A stretch of DNA of 64,000 nt from IMG/VR virus record IMGVR_UViG_3300046387_001332; one strand, written 5' to 3'. Made by a program: the position numbers and the translations under genes. This document shows positions 39,206 through 48,050 of this stretch, one piece after another. Positions within the stretch are counted from its first letter, which is position 1, and every line of letters begins with the position of its first letter. The notes below the pieces were generated by a model. That model was not told where the DNA came from. It searched no databases and worked only from the letters and a program-made list of their open reading frames with translations. The stretch is from a virus.

Positions 39206-39874
39206 ATGAATTATACCGAAAAGCAACTTGAAGAAAATTATACTAAATTTCTGCAATTTATTGAAAACACATTTGAAGGAGACAGGCAAAAAAAGTTACT
39301 TCATATGTTTGGAACTGATGATGGGTGTCTTGGTTTACGTGCGTTGATTTCTCCTGCGAGTAGTATTGATAGATTTCACAACGCATATGATGGTGGATAT
39401 ATTGACCATGTTATGGGTGTATGTAAAACGGTTCGTGGGGTTAAAGTTCTACTACAAAGCATAGGTGCAAATATAGACTTTACGGATGACGAAATGATGT
39501 TCGCAGCCTTCAATCACGACCTTGGCAAACTTGGATCACTTGACGGAGAACAATATCAACACAACGATAGTGAATGGCATCGCAAGAATCAAGGAAAGTT
39601 GTATAACATAAATCCTGATATTCACTGGATGTCAGTCACAGATAGATCAATCTGGTTACTTCAGCACTTTGAAATTAAAATAACTGAGAAAGAATTTCTC
39701 GGAATAAAACTTTCAGACGGAATGTATGATGAAGCAAACCCACAATACCTAAAAGCATTTTCAAAAGAAGTGGGGTTGAAAACAGAACTTCCAAGAGTTA
39801 TTCATTGGGCAGATCATATGACTTGTTTGGCAGAAAAGTCCAATATGGATAACATAATGAAGTTTGAACCGTAA
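39206..39874 (+). CDS. HD-domain phosphohydrolase
   Basis: HNAYDGGYIDHV, HDLGK, SDG, IHWAD. Confidence 0.82.
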   Translation: MNYTEKQLEENYTKFLQFIENTFEGDRQKKLLHMFGTDDGCLGLRALISPASSIDRFHNAYDGGYIDHVMGVCKTVRGVKVLLQSIGANIDFTDDEMMFAAFNHDLGKLGSLDGEQYQHNDSEWHRKNQGKLYNINPDIHWMSVTDRSIWLLQHFEIKITEKEFLGIKLSDGMYDEANPQYLKAFSKEVGLKTELPRVIHWADHMTCLAEKSNMDNIMKFEP

Positions 39875-39912
39875 ACTTGACTTTTTTATATATTATAGTA
39901 TATTTATCATTA

Positions 39913-39966
39913 GAGTAATGCTCAAATGAGGTTACTCGGCGGATGCCCAAAACGGGATTCGTAACC
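39913..39966 (+). promoter_or_regulatory. Structured 5' UTR of hsp20 (tandem bulged hairpins)
   Basis: GAGTAA-TG-CTC-AAAT-GAG-G-TTACTC and GCGGA-TG-CCC-AAAAC-GGG-A-TTCGT. Confidence 0.55.
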
Positions 39967-39983
39967 AAATAGGAATAAATAAA

Positions 39984-40481
39984 ATGAAAAACTACGGATA
40001 TAATAAGTCCACAGGAACAGGACTTGGTAAACACGTTCCAAATTTAAGAGACGAATTTTTAACTCCATTCGACTCTATTTTTGACAAAATGGTCAATCAA
40101 GCATTTCCAAACTTCGGACAGGAATTCGGAGTAAACTTTTTTGGAAATAGTTCATATCCAAGAGTAAATGTTGCAGACACGACCAAAGAGGTAAGAATTG
40201 AAGCAGAAATTGCAGGACTTGGAAAAGAAGATGTCTCTGTTGAATATGAAGATGGGTTGCTCACAATTTCAGGTGACAAAAAGACCGAAATTGAAGATCC
40301 AGATGTAAAATATGTTTACAAGGAACTGAAAAGGTCCTCTTTTAAAAGGTCTTTTAAGGTCGATAAAACAACATTAAATGTTAATAAGATTTCCGCAAAG
40401 TTTGACAACGGAATTCTAAATATTACTATTCCAAAAAAAGAAGTAATTGAAACAAAATCAAAGAAGGTTAAAATCCTTTAA
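39984..40481 (+). CDS. Small heat shock protein (Hsp20/alpha-crystallin)
   Basis: YPRVNV, AEIAGLGKEDV, LLTISG, SFKRSF, AKFDNGILNITIPK. Confidence 0.93.
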   Translation: MKNYGYNKSTGTGLGKHVPNLRDEFLTPFDSIFDKMVNQAFPNFGQEFGVNFFGNSSYPRVNVADTTKEVRIEAEIAGLGKEDVSVEYEDGLLTISGDKKTEIEDPDVKYVYKELKRSSFKRSFKVDKTTLNVNKISAKFDNGILNITIPKKEVIETKSKKVKIL

Positions 40482-40507
40482 TTATCTAACTTAAACAACT
40501 TAAAAAT

Positions 40508-40536
40508 AAAAGGGGGTAAATTTACCCTCTTTTTTT
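40508..40536 (+). terminator. Rho-independent terminator after hsp20
   Basis: AAAAGGGGGTAAA/TTTACCCTCTTTT inverted repeat followed by a T run. Confidence 0.7.
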
Positions 40537-40614
40537 ATAACTATATTATATTTATACATATAATAATGTGTGTTGGTAGAATTACGAAAATAGAAAAGGG
40601 AGATATGTATTAAT

Positions 40615-41709
40615 ATGAAGTTATTTACTGCTATTATAGGCGGACTCGCACTTGCAGTAGCAGGAACGGCTGCTTTCTTTTCGGTGCGTGGTATTGGGTT
40701 ATTATTTGCAGGTGCGGCCATTGCAGCCATGGTTATGGCAGGAGTATTAGAGGCAGGAAAACTTGCAATGACTTCATTTTTGTATCGTTATTGGGAAAGA
40801 ATTCCAAGAATGTTAAAATGGTATTGCACAATTGCAGTTGTAGTTTTGATTGGAATTACTTCTTTGGGTATTTACGGATTTTTAAGTGATGCATATGATG
40901 ACACACGATCAAGAGTTGAAATGCACGAAAGTAACATAGAGACACTAAACAAAGAAATAGTAGTTATTGAAACTGAAATTGAAACACTTAAAAACACAGA
41001 TGTAACAGTTGAAGATAAAAAGACCGAAACGATTGCAGGTTTCCAAAAGATATATGATGATTTTGTAGCAGACGGAAGAAAACGACAAGATGCACTTGCT
41101 AATAGAAATAAAACCGACACAGAAGCAAGAGGACTACGCAGACAACAATTAATGGATCGTCTTGCAGTATTAGATAAATCTAAAAGTGAATTAGAATCAA
41201 AGGGTGGTGGGTTATTTAGTAACAATAAAAAGAAAATAGAAGAACTAAGGATAGCACAACAACCTGAAAGAGATTCTATCGCAAAGTCACTATCAGCAAT
41301 AACAGACGAAGAAACTTCCGCAACAAAATCATATAACGATGCTCTTGCAAAAATAGACGATCAGATTTCAAGTGAATACGATAAATTTGTGGAAAAAGTA
41401 AATGGTCTTCGTGATACAACAAACGATTTAGATAATGTAACTATCATAGAAGACAAGTATGATAAAATAAAAGAAAACCAAGCAGATATATTAAAAGAAA
41501 AAGAAGGAATCCGTGCAACCGATATTGGTAGTTTTCGTTTTATAGCAGAATCATTTAATATGCCAGTAGACCAAGTTGTAAAATGGTTTATTATTGTAAT
41601 TGTTTTGGTATTTGATCCCGTTGCAGTTGCACTTGTGTTAGCATACAACATTATGGTAGGCGGAAGAATGACCCTTGGAGAAGAGTTACCGAAAAAAAAA
41701 ATTGGATAG
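40615..41709 (+). CDS. Membrane-anchored coiled-coil protein (DUF4407-like), probably extended by -1 frameshift
   Basis: Three N-terminal TM helices ([17 protein letters not shown]), long coiled coil, C-terminal TM (VFDPVAV); ends in an A10 run. Confidence 0.8.
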   Translation: MKLFTAIIGGLALAVAGTAAFFSVRGIGLLFAGAAIAAMVMAGVLEAGKLAMTSFLYRYWERIPRMLKWYCTIAVVVLIGITSLGIYGFLSDAYDDTRSRVEMHESNIETLNKEIVVIETEIETLKNTDVTVEDKKTETIAGFQKIYDDFVADGRKRQDALANRNKTDTEARGLRRQQLMDRLAVLDKSKSELESKGGGLFSNNKKKIEELRIAQQPERDSIAKSLSAITDEETSATKSYNDALAKIDDQISSEYDKFVEKVNGLRDTTNDLDNVTIIEDKYDKIKENQADILKEKEGIRATDIGSFRFIAESFNMPVDQVVKWFIIVIVLVFDPVAVALVLAYNIMVGGRMTLGEELPKKKIG

Positions 41710-42416
41710 ATAATTTACCATTTGCTGACCGATTCCAAGAAGATGGTGATTTTATAGAAGATGTAGTTGAAGAAACACCAACTCCAACTCCAACTGAGAC
41801 ACCAACTCCAACACCAAGTCCGTCTCAAACTCCAACACCAAGTCCGTCTCAAACTCCAATTGAGACACCTACTCCAACACCAAGTCCTTCTCAAACTCCA
41901 ACCGAGACACCAACTCCAACACCAAGTCCGTCTCAAACTCCAACACCAAGTCCGTCTCAAACTCCAACCGAGACACCAACCCCAACACCAAGTCCGTCTC
42001 AAACTCCAACACCAAGTCCTTCTCAAACTCCAACACCAAGTCCTTCTCAAACTCCAACACCAAGTCCGTCTCAAACTCCAACTAGGACACCTACTCCAAC
42101 ACCAAGTCCTTCTCAAACTCCAACCGAGACACCAACTCCAACACCAAGTCCCAACATAACACCATCTCCGATAATAGAAAACAAAAAGATACGAAAAGAT
42201 GATGAGAATGTAATTTCAACACCAATGTACGATACAGAACTAGAATCAAAAGGACCGTATTATGTACCTTGGAAAAAAAGTTCAATGGACGCACATAGTA
42301 AATATTTTGCAAAAACAATATACAAGAATAATAAAGGATATATACCAAATAGTACCCTTGGAAATGTACCAACTAAAGAAAAAAAAGAAGAATCTGACAA
42401 TAAAGATGGTAAATAA
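41700..42416 (+). CDS. Start-less -1 frame extension encoding Pro/Thr/Ser-repeat tail
   Basis: Frame open from the A10 run ([12 protein letters not shown]...[16 protein letters not shown]...KDGK*) with no start codon called before 42225. Confidence 0.7.
   Translation, partial: NWIDNLPFADRFQEDGDFIEDVVEETPTPTPTETPTPTPSPSQTPTPSPSQTPIETPTPTPSPSQTPTETPTPTPSPSQTPTPSPSQTPTETPTPTPSPSQTPTPSPSQTPTPSPSQTPTPSPSQTPTRTPTPTPSPSQTPTETPTPTPSPNITPSPIIENKKIRKDDENVISTPMYDTELESKGPYYVPWKKSSMDAHSKYFAKTIYKNNKGYIPNSTLGNVPTKEKKEESDNKDGK
41775..42150 (+). repeat. Coding tandem repeat (24-nt CCAACACCAAGTCC(G/T)TCTCAAACT units mixed with 18-nt PTETPT units)
   Basis: About 10 copies of the PTPSPSQT unit, unit lengths multiples of 3. 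Confidence 0.92.
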
Positions 42417-42465
42417 ATTACTTAAACATTGACAAATCAACTATTTAAGGGTTATTATTTAAAAT

Positions 42466-42717
42466 ATGACTGTGTATATTTTTAGTGGATTGGTATTAGT
42501 AGTTCTTATTTTATTGTATATAATTTTTAATTTATATAGAAAAGTTTCGTTATATGAAGAATGGACAATTGAAACACTAAACGAGTTAAACTCTACAGTT
42601 GAAACATGGAAAGAGTTAGACAGTAAACAATTATTTGAAAAAGATGATGAAGTTGGAGTCATCTTTGATGAACTTAATATAACAATAAAAAACCTAGAGA
42701 AAAGGCTAGACAATTAA
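42466..42717 (+). CDS. Small membrane-anchored protein
   Basis: N-terminal TM helix, FEKDDEVG motif; TTGACA at 42429 upstream. Confidence 0.65.
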   Translation: MTVYIFSGLVLVVLILLYIIFNLYRKVSLYEEWTIETLNELNSTVETWKELDSKQLFEKDDEVGVIFDELNITIKNLEKRLDN

Positions 42718-43448
42718 TGGAAGAAGTAAAATTCAAGAAAAAAAGAAAACCAAGATCAAAAAACAAAAAAATATACTTTTCGCAAGATACAGAAGATGCA
42801 ATTGTAGAATATAATAATTCAGAAGATGTAATTTTCAGAAATAATATATACAACGAAAGAATAAGTTACGCATTCGATAAACTAGCGGAAAATATTTTAA
42901 ATACATTTAAGTTTTCTTATTTTCAGTGTAGTCACGAAGAGGTACAACAAGAAGTTGTTAGTAATTTAGTAAGTAATATACACAAGTATAAACAAGGAAA
43001 CGGAAAAGCATTTTCCTATTTTAGTATAATTGCAAAGAATTTTTTAATTTTATATAACAATGGAAACTATAAAAAATTTAAAAGACACGAAAGTGTTGAT
43101 GACGAAGAAATAATTTACGAAAAGAAAGAACTCACGGTCAATCCAAAAAGTGAAACTCATAAAAAAGAATTAAGTGAGTTTGTAACATTAATGATTGCGT
43201 ATTACGATAAACACCTAGAACGATTATTTAAAAAGCAAAATGAATTTAAAATTGCGTGTGCAGTTATTGAAATATTCAGAAGAAGTGACTCAATAGAGAA
43301 TTTTAACAAAAAAGCACTTTATCTGTATATCAGAGAAATGACAGATTGTAAAACACAGAATATCACAAAAGTTGTAAATAAAATGAAAGATATCCAGTCT
43401 CAGTTAACACGGTCATATATTGACAAAGGTTATATTGACATGGATTAA
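42717..43448 (+). CDS. Phage sigma factor (sigma70 region 2 / gp55-like)
   Basis: KLAENI...HKYKQGNGKAFSYFSIIAKNFLI region-2 pattern; lies upstream of the structural module. Confidence 0.65.
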   Translation: MEEVKFKKKRKPRSKNKKIYFSQDTEDAIVEYNNSEDVIFRNNIYNERISYAFDKLAENILNTFKFSYFQCSHEEVQQEVVSNLVSNIHKYKQGNGKAFSYFSIIAKNFLILYNNGNYKKFKRHESVDDEEIIYEKKELTVNPKSETHKKELSEFVTLMIAYYDKHLERLFKKQNEFKIACAVIEIFRRSDSIENFNKKALYLYIREMTDCKTQNITKVVNKMKDIQSQLTRSYIDKGYIDMD

Positions 43449-43494
43449 CTCTTATTCATTACCATAAAAAATATATACATCTATATTTATATTT

Positions 43495-43899
43495 ATGGAT
43501 TCTGATACTGAAATTTTTAAGGGAAAAACATTCTCTTCACTTGTAAAAGATATATACTTCAACTCAAATCACAAAAAAGAGCAAATCAATCAATTGATTA
43601 AAGATTTGCGTGAAATGGTAAAGGATATAGGTTCTGCGACTGTAATTGCACCAATGATAAAAGACTATATAGATGTTGGAGTTAAAAACGATGATCAACT
43701 TGTAAAATTGTCTGCCGTTTTAACTAGATTTATCAATGGTACATCTTCGTCATCAGATGATACGGGAGGCAGTGGTATGCTAACGGAAGGTGAAAAAGAA
43801 GAATTGTTAAATAATGTAAAAAAAGAGTTAAATGATTTAGAAGAAAAATCAGCAAGTATTGATAAACAAATAAAGCAATCAAAGGATGGCATACAGTAA
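43495..43899 (+). CDS. Hypothetical coiled-coil protein
   Basis: 134 aa, PMIKDYIDVGVKNDDQLVKL; ATATTTAT directly upstream. Confidence 0.7.
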   Translation: MDSDTEIFKGKTFSSLVKDIYFNSNHKKEQINQLIKDLREMVKDIGSATVIAPMIKDYIDVGVKNDDQLVKLSAVLTRFINGTSSSSDDTGGSGMLTEGEKEELLNNVKKELNDLEEKSASIDKQIKQSKDGIQ

Positions 43900-46800
43900 A
43901 TTTACGAAAAAATCTGTGACCAAAGAAATTGGCACAAACCACTTGATGACTGTACGCAGGGCATACTCAACTCCGCCTGATTCGGCCGAGTTTTATGAAC
44001 TCGAACCTGCGGTGGTACTTGACATAATTCGTGACGAAAACCATCCTGTCTTTAAGGATAAAAAAACTTGTCCTAAAATTACTGAACTTGAATGGCCAAA
44101 GGGATATAACGACAAAGAAAAACCAGATTATTCATGGATAGGTCGTATAAAGGCAAGAGCAATTGTTAGTCAAAATAAAGCACCTCTTGAAGAACTTACT
44201 TGGATTTTGCCACTTGAAACTGGAATAAAAGAATATCCATTGTTAAATGAAACTGTGGTTATTGTAAAATATATTAATAATATCTACTATACTCGCAGAA
44301 TAAATTCAAGAAATTTTTTAAATAATTCGGCAGATTTTAGAACTGAACCTAGATTCGGAGCAGGTAATCGTCCAAGTAAAACAAATTGTCCAAATTTGGT
44401 AGGTGCCAGAAATCCATCAAACATAAGTCCTGCAAGCAATCAATACGGAGTTTTTCTTGGAAAATATTTTAAAGCAAATAATAAAGTAAGACCACTAAAG
44501 CACTTTGAGGGAGATACTATTATAGAAAGTAGGTTTGGTTCAAGTATTCGTTTTGGTTGCTATGAGGATGATCCGAAAATAGACATAGGAACAAACCAAG
44601 GCAACGGAGATGACTACAGTGGAAACTTGGGAAATCCTATGATTTTAATTCGCAATAGACAGAGACCCAAACGTGGAAACGAGTCGACATTTTCCCATAC
44701 AATTATGGAGGATATAAATGCAGATGGGTCATCAATTCACATTACTTCGGGAAAAACAATACAAAGATTTTCACCAACATTAGTTGGTCCAAAACCAAAA
44801 CCAAATGAAAAACCAAAAAAAGAACCAAAGAACTTTGCTGGATTGAGTAAACTTTCAAGTTCATCGGTTGGAACGGGACAGGTTCCGGGTCCGGGTAGTG
44901 TCAGTCCAAGTCCCACGCAAATGGGTCAGGTTTCGGCTGCTCCATTAAATAGCATGAATGCATCTTCTACCGGTGGGGGTGTTGGTCCAAGTGCAGCCGC
45001 AAGCAAAGCAAAAGCAGGAGACTGGTCGGGATCAATTGGAGCAAGCATGAGTTCTGCGGTTGGTGAAAAAGATGGAACTGCAATTGGTGAACGACTTGGT
45101 AAGATGGGAATGGCAAATGCATCTAAACTTGTAAATGTAGAGGGTGTATCACCAAATCCACGGATGGGGGCAAATGTGTCCGGAAGCATAGGTTCAACCG
45201 GAGTATCGTCATCGTCAAATGTTTACCACTCAATTAATAGCAAGCAAGGAAAATCTAAATTTATTAAGGGAGTTGGTGTCGGAAATTTTTCACTAAACTC
45301 TGCATACGAAAGTGGAATTGAAGGTGCATTGGGAAAGGCACGTTCTGTTGGCAAGTCAACCCTTCTGAATAAAACCAAAGCAGGTAGAGCACTGTCAGCC
45401 GCAAATTCACTTGGAATAGATGTAGACGGAGTAAGAGACTTGGGTATAAATTCAGAAGACAGCCCTATGTTTAAAATATTTAAACTTGCTTCATTCGGGT
45501 TAAAGTCAATTTGTGCAAGTTTAAAAAATAAAAAAGGATTCGGAAGTAAGACAGAAGAATCTCTCGGTTGGATGCTTTCATTTGGAATAAACTTAGAGTT
45601 ACTTGCATTACTTATGGCAATTTTTAGTAGATTGCGGAATTTAAAATTTAACTTTGGTGCAATGTTTGGCTTGGATTTAGATAAGTTTACATTTGATTTA
45701 TGTGATTGGGTAAATCAAGTTGAGTTTGGGAATTCATTGACAGACACTTTCAAAGGAGAAGCAACTAAGTTAGTAGATCCACTCGACCCACGTGCAAAAG
45801 TGAAGGCAGTTGGTGATGATTTAAGTTCCAAGGGAATTTTGAATCCGTTTGCACGTAATGATCCTGATTTTAAACAACAATACTCTGCTATAATTACCGA
45901 GGAAGAAAAAGCAAAACTAAAAGCAGCCGGTTCATCTTTTGGTTCTATGGGTTTGTCATTAAACAAAGGAAGTGAGCAAGTTGCGACTATGGGATTTGAT
46001 CCAATAAGTGGGTTATTCCGACAAAAAGAAGCAGGAGCATCAACACAACTTAATTTTGGCAAAGCAAATGTTGCATCGGTAAATGTAGCAAAAAATGCAG
46101 GAGCAATAGATTATGCATCCTTTGGTGAGGGAGTTTCATTTGACGCAGGAGTAGGAATTGGGGGAACTGCACTTTCGGGTCTAGGTTCTATTTCACAAGA
46201 TTCTTCACAGAGTTCAAGTGCAAATAATACAAATCAACAAAGCCAACCACAACAAAGCCAACCACAACAAAATCAGACTCAACCAGAATCACGACCAAGT
46301 GCATCTAATAATAGATCAGGACAAACGAATGTTGGTTCAAGCGGGTCACCGCAAACACAACCAACAAGTTCATCTTCGTCTAGCACAAGCACACCAAGCA
46401 ATGTTTCTTCAAAACCAACAACAACACGACCAAGTGCAGGACAACAAAAAACCGCAAACGAAAATCCAGATTCGGTAAATTCATTTCACACAGGCCAACC
46501 AATCACACGTTCTGACATAAAAGGCACACCAATTGAAAATGCCGACTTAAATGCAGTTGCACTTTTACATCCAGAAGACTACAAAACACTTACGGATAAA
46601 AAAGCAGTAAAACAATCCATAAAGCAAGCACAACAGGCACGACAAAACACGTTTAATGCTGAGATGGAAAAGACCGAAACAGAAGCAATGGAACAGGCCG
46701 GAGGAAATTTAATGTTTGGAAAGCAATTACCTGAGTTAAGTGGAAACCAAATCTTGATTAACTCGGAACGAGTTATGTTTTCATCAAAAACCGGAGAAAT

Positions 46801-47128
46801 GGTTACATTTGCAAAAGGAAAACTTGGTTTCGCAACAGACAGTGAAATGACACTTAATGCAGTAAAGAGAATTGTAACAACAACATCTCAACATACATCT
46901 GTTGTTAGTCCAACCATTCACCTTGGGGCATATACAACCACACGTCATCCTGTGTTGAAGGGAGATATTACCACAAATTGGTTGTCAAGTTTATGTGGGT
47001 GGTTATCAAGTCATGTTCACAATGACCCATATATTACCACCGGTCCTCCTGCCCAACAAGGAACACTTGCGGGATTAAGAGCAAGGTTACCTACATTACA
47101 TAGCACAAGAGTGTGGATAGATGGTTAA
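43886..47128 (+). CDS. Baseplate central spike/hub (gp5/gpV-like) with large insertion
   Basis: N-terminal OB-like (GRIKAR, PLLNETV, EGDTIIESRFGSSIRFG), C-terminal beta-helix-like GNQILINSERVMF and HVH tip motif; upstream of gp25/gp6-like genes. Confidence 0.65.
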   Translation: MAYSKFTKKSVTKEIGTNHLMTVRRAYSTPPDSAEFYELEPAVVLDIIRDENHPVFKDKKTCPKITELEWPKGYNDKEKPDYSWIGRIKARAIVSQNKAPLEELTWILPLETGIKEYPLLNETVVIVKYINNIYYTRRINSRNFLNNSADFRTEPRFGAGNRPSKTNCPNLVGARNPSNISPASNQYGVFLGKYFKANNKVRPLKHFEGDTIIESRFGSSIRFGCYEDDPKIDIGTNQGNGDDYSGNLGNPMILIRNRQRPKRGNESTFSHTIMEDINADGSSIHITSGKTIQRFSPTLVGPKPKPNEKPKKEPKNFAGLSKLSSSSVGTGQVPGPGSVSPSPTQMGQVSAAPLNSMNASSTGGGVGPSAAASKAKAGDWSGSIGASMSSAVGEKDGTAIGERLGKMGMANASKLVNVEGVSPNPRMGANVSGSIGSTGVSSSSNVYHSINSKQGKSKFIKGVGVGNFSLNSAYESGIEGALGKARSVGKSTLLNKTKAGRALSAANSLGIDVDGVRDLGINSEDSPMFKIFKLASFGLKSICASLKNKKGFGSKTEESLGWMLSFGINLELLALLMAIFSRLRNLKFNFGAMFGLDLDKFTFDLCDWVNQVEFGNSLTDTFKGEATKLVDPLDPRAKVKAVGDDLSSKGILNPFARNDPDFKQQYSAIITEEEKAKLKAAGSSFGSMGLSLNKGSEQVATMGFDPISGLFRQKEAGASTQLNFGKANVASVNVAKNAGAIDYASFGEGVSFDAGVGIGGTALSGLGSISQDSSQSSSANNTNQQSQPQQSQPQQNQTQPESRPSASNNRSGQTNVGSSGSPQTQPTSSSSSSTSTPSNVSSKPTTTRPSAGQQKTANENPDSVNSFHTGQPITRSDIKGTPIENADLNAVALLHPEDYKTLTDKKAVKQSIKQAQQARQNTFNAEMEKTETEAMEQAGGNLMFGKQLPELSGNQILINSERVMFSSKTGEMVTFAKGKLGFATDSEMTLNAVKRIVTTTSQHTSVVSPTIHLGAYTTTRHPVLKGDITTNWLSSLCGWLSSHVHNDPYITTGPPAQQGTLAGLRARLPTLHSTRVWIDG

Positions 47129-47169
47129 TATATGCAATAGGTTAATATATATGTATAGAAATATTTATT

Positions 47170-47586
47170 ATGAAAAAGACAGAATTAGTAAACATTATTA
47201 AACAAGCAGTGCGGGAAGAACTACGATCATCTCTTCCTGAGTTATTATCTGAGATCAAAACACAGACAAATACACAGAAAATAAAATCTACTAAAAAAAG
47301 AGAAACTGATCCAGTTTCTCTTGCAAAGCAGGTTCTCAAGACCGAACAAACAATAAAACCACAACGTACATTTAGTAAAAATGAAGCAATAAATAAAATA
47401 TTAAATGAAACCGTAGGTGGAATACCACAAGAGGGGTCAAATGTGTCAAGTGGAATGGGTCAAAACTTTTCTGACACAAATGGTAATGAGGTTTCTTTAG
47501 ACGCATTACCAGATCATGTTTCCAATGCGTTAACACGAAATTATTCAGAGGTATTAAATCTCGTTGATAAAAAGAAAAATGGCTGA
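47170..47586 (+). CDS. Hypothetical protein
   Basis: MKKTELVNIIKQAVREEL..., ALTRNYSEVL; ATATTTAT upstream. Confidence 0.7.
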   Translation: MKKTELVNIIKQAVREELRSSLPELLSEIKTQTNTQKIKSTKKRETDPVSLAKQVLKTEQTIKPQRTFSKNEAINKILNETVGGIPQEGSNVSSGMGQNFSDTNGNEVSLDALPDHVSNALTRNYSEVLNLVDKKKNG

Positions 47587-48049
47587 TGATTATGTAAATG
47601 AATCCGTTCCACTTGGAATTAAAATACCATATCATAGAAATGATCTGGACGGATACTTTGCACAAAATAGATCAACATTACTTAGATATAAAACTAATTT
47701 AATGATGCTATTATTAACAAATAAAGGTGAACGACCAATGATGCCAACATACGGTTCCACTTTGCGAGAAATATTATTCGAGCAAAATACAGCCGATGCG
47801 GTAGATGGACTTTTAGAGGATTCGATAACAGAGGCAATTGAGAGGTGGATGCCCGATGTACAAATTGATACCTTGGAAATTACACATGGATCAAATGATT
47901 TAATAACTGAACTTGATAGCATGGGAAACGAAGTAAGAAGAGTTGTTGGAAATGATACAAATGAATATACGGTAAATATAAATCTTATATTTTCTATAAA
48001 AGAAATACCTGAATCTGAACAAGATTTGCAACTTACAATAGGGGTCTAA
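47579..48049 (+). CDS. Baseplate wedge protein gp25-like
   Basis: LLLTNKGERPMMPTYGSTLREILFE, AIERWMP. Confidence 0.85.
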   Translation: MADDYVNESVPLGIKIPYHRNDLDGYFAQNRSTLLRYKTNLMMLLLTNKGERPMMPTYGSTLREILFEQNTADAVDGLLEDSITEAIERWMPDVQIDTLEITHGSNDLITELDSMGNEVRRVVGNDTNEYTVNINLIFSIKEIPESEQDLQLTIGV

Positions 48050-48050
48050 A

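Noticed and set aside
41775-42150. Possible CRISPR array
   Set aside because: Units are directly tandem, multiples of 3 nt, lack unique spacers and encode a Pro/Thr/Ser tract; no cas genes.
41715-42372. ORF-track proteins 41715-42116(-), 41767-42159(+), 41869-42081(-), 42091-42372(-)
   Set aside because: Shadow frames of the tandem repeat; the Pro/Thr frame continuous to 42416 is the plausible one.
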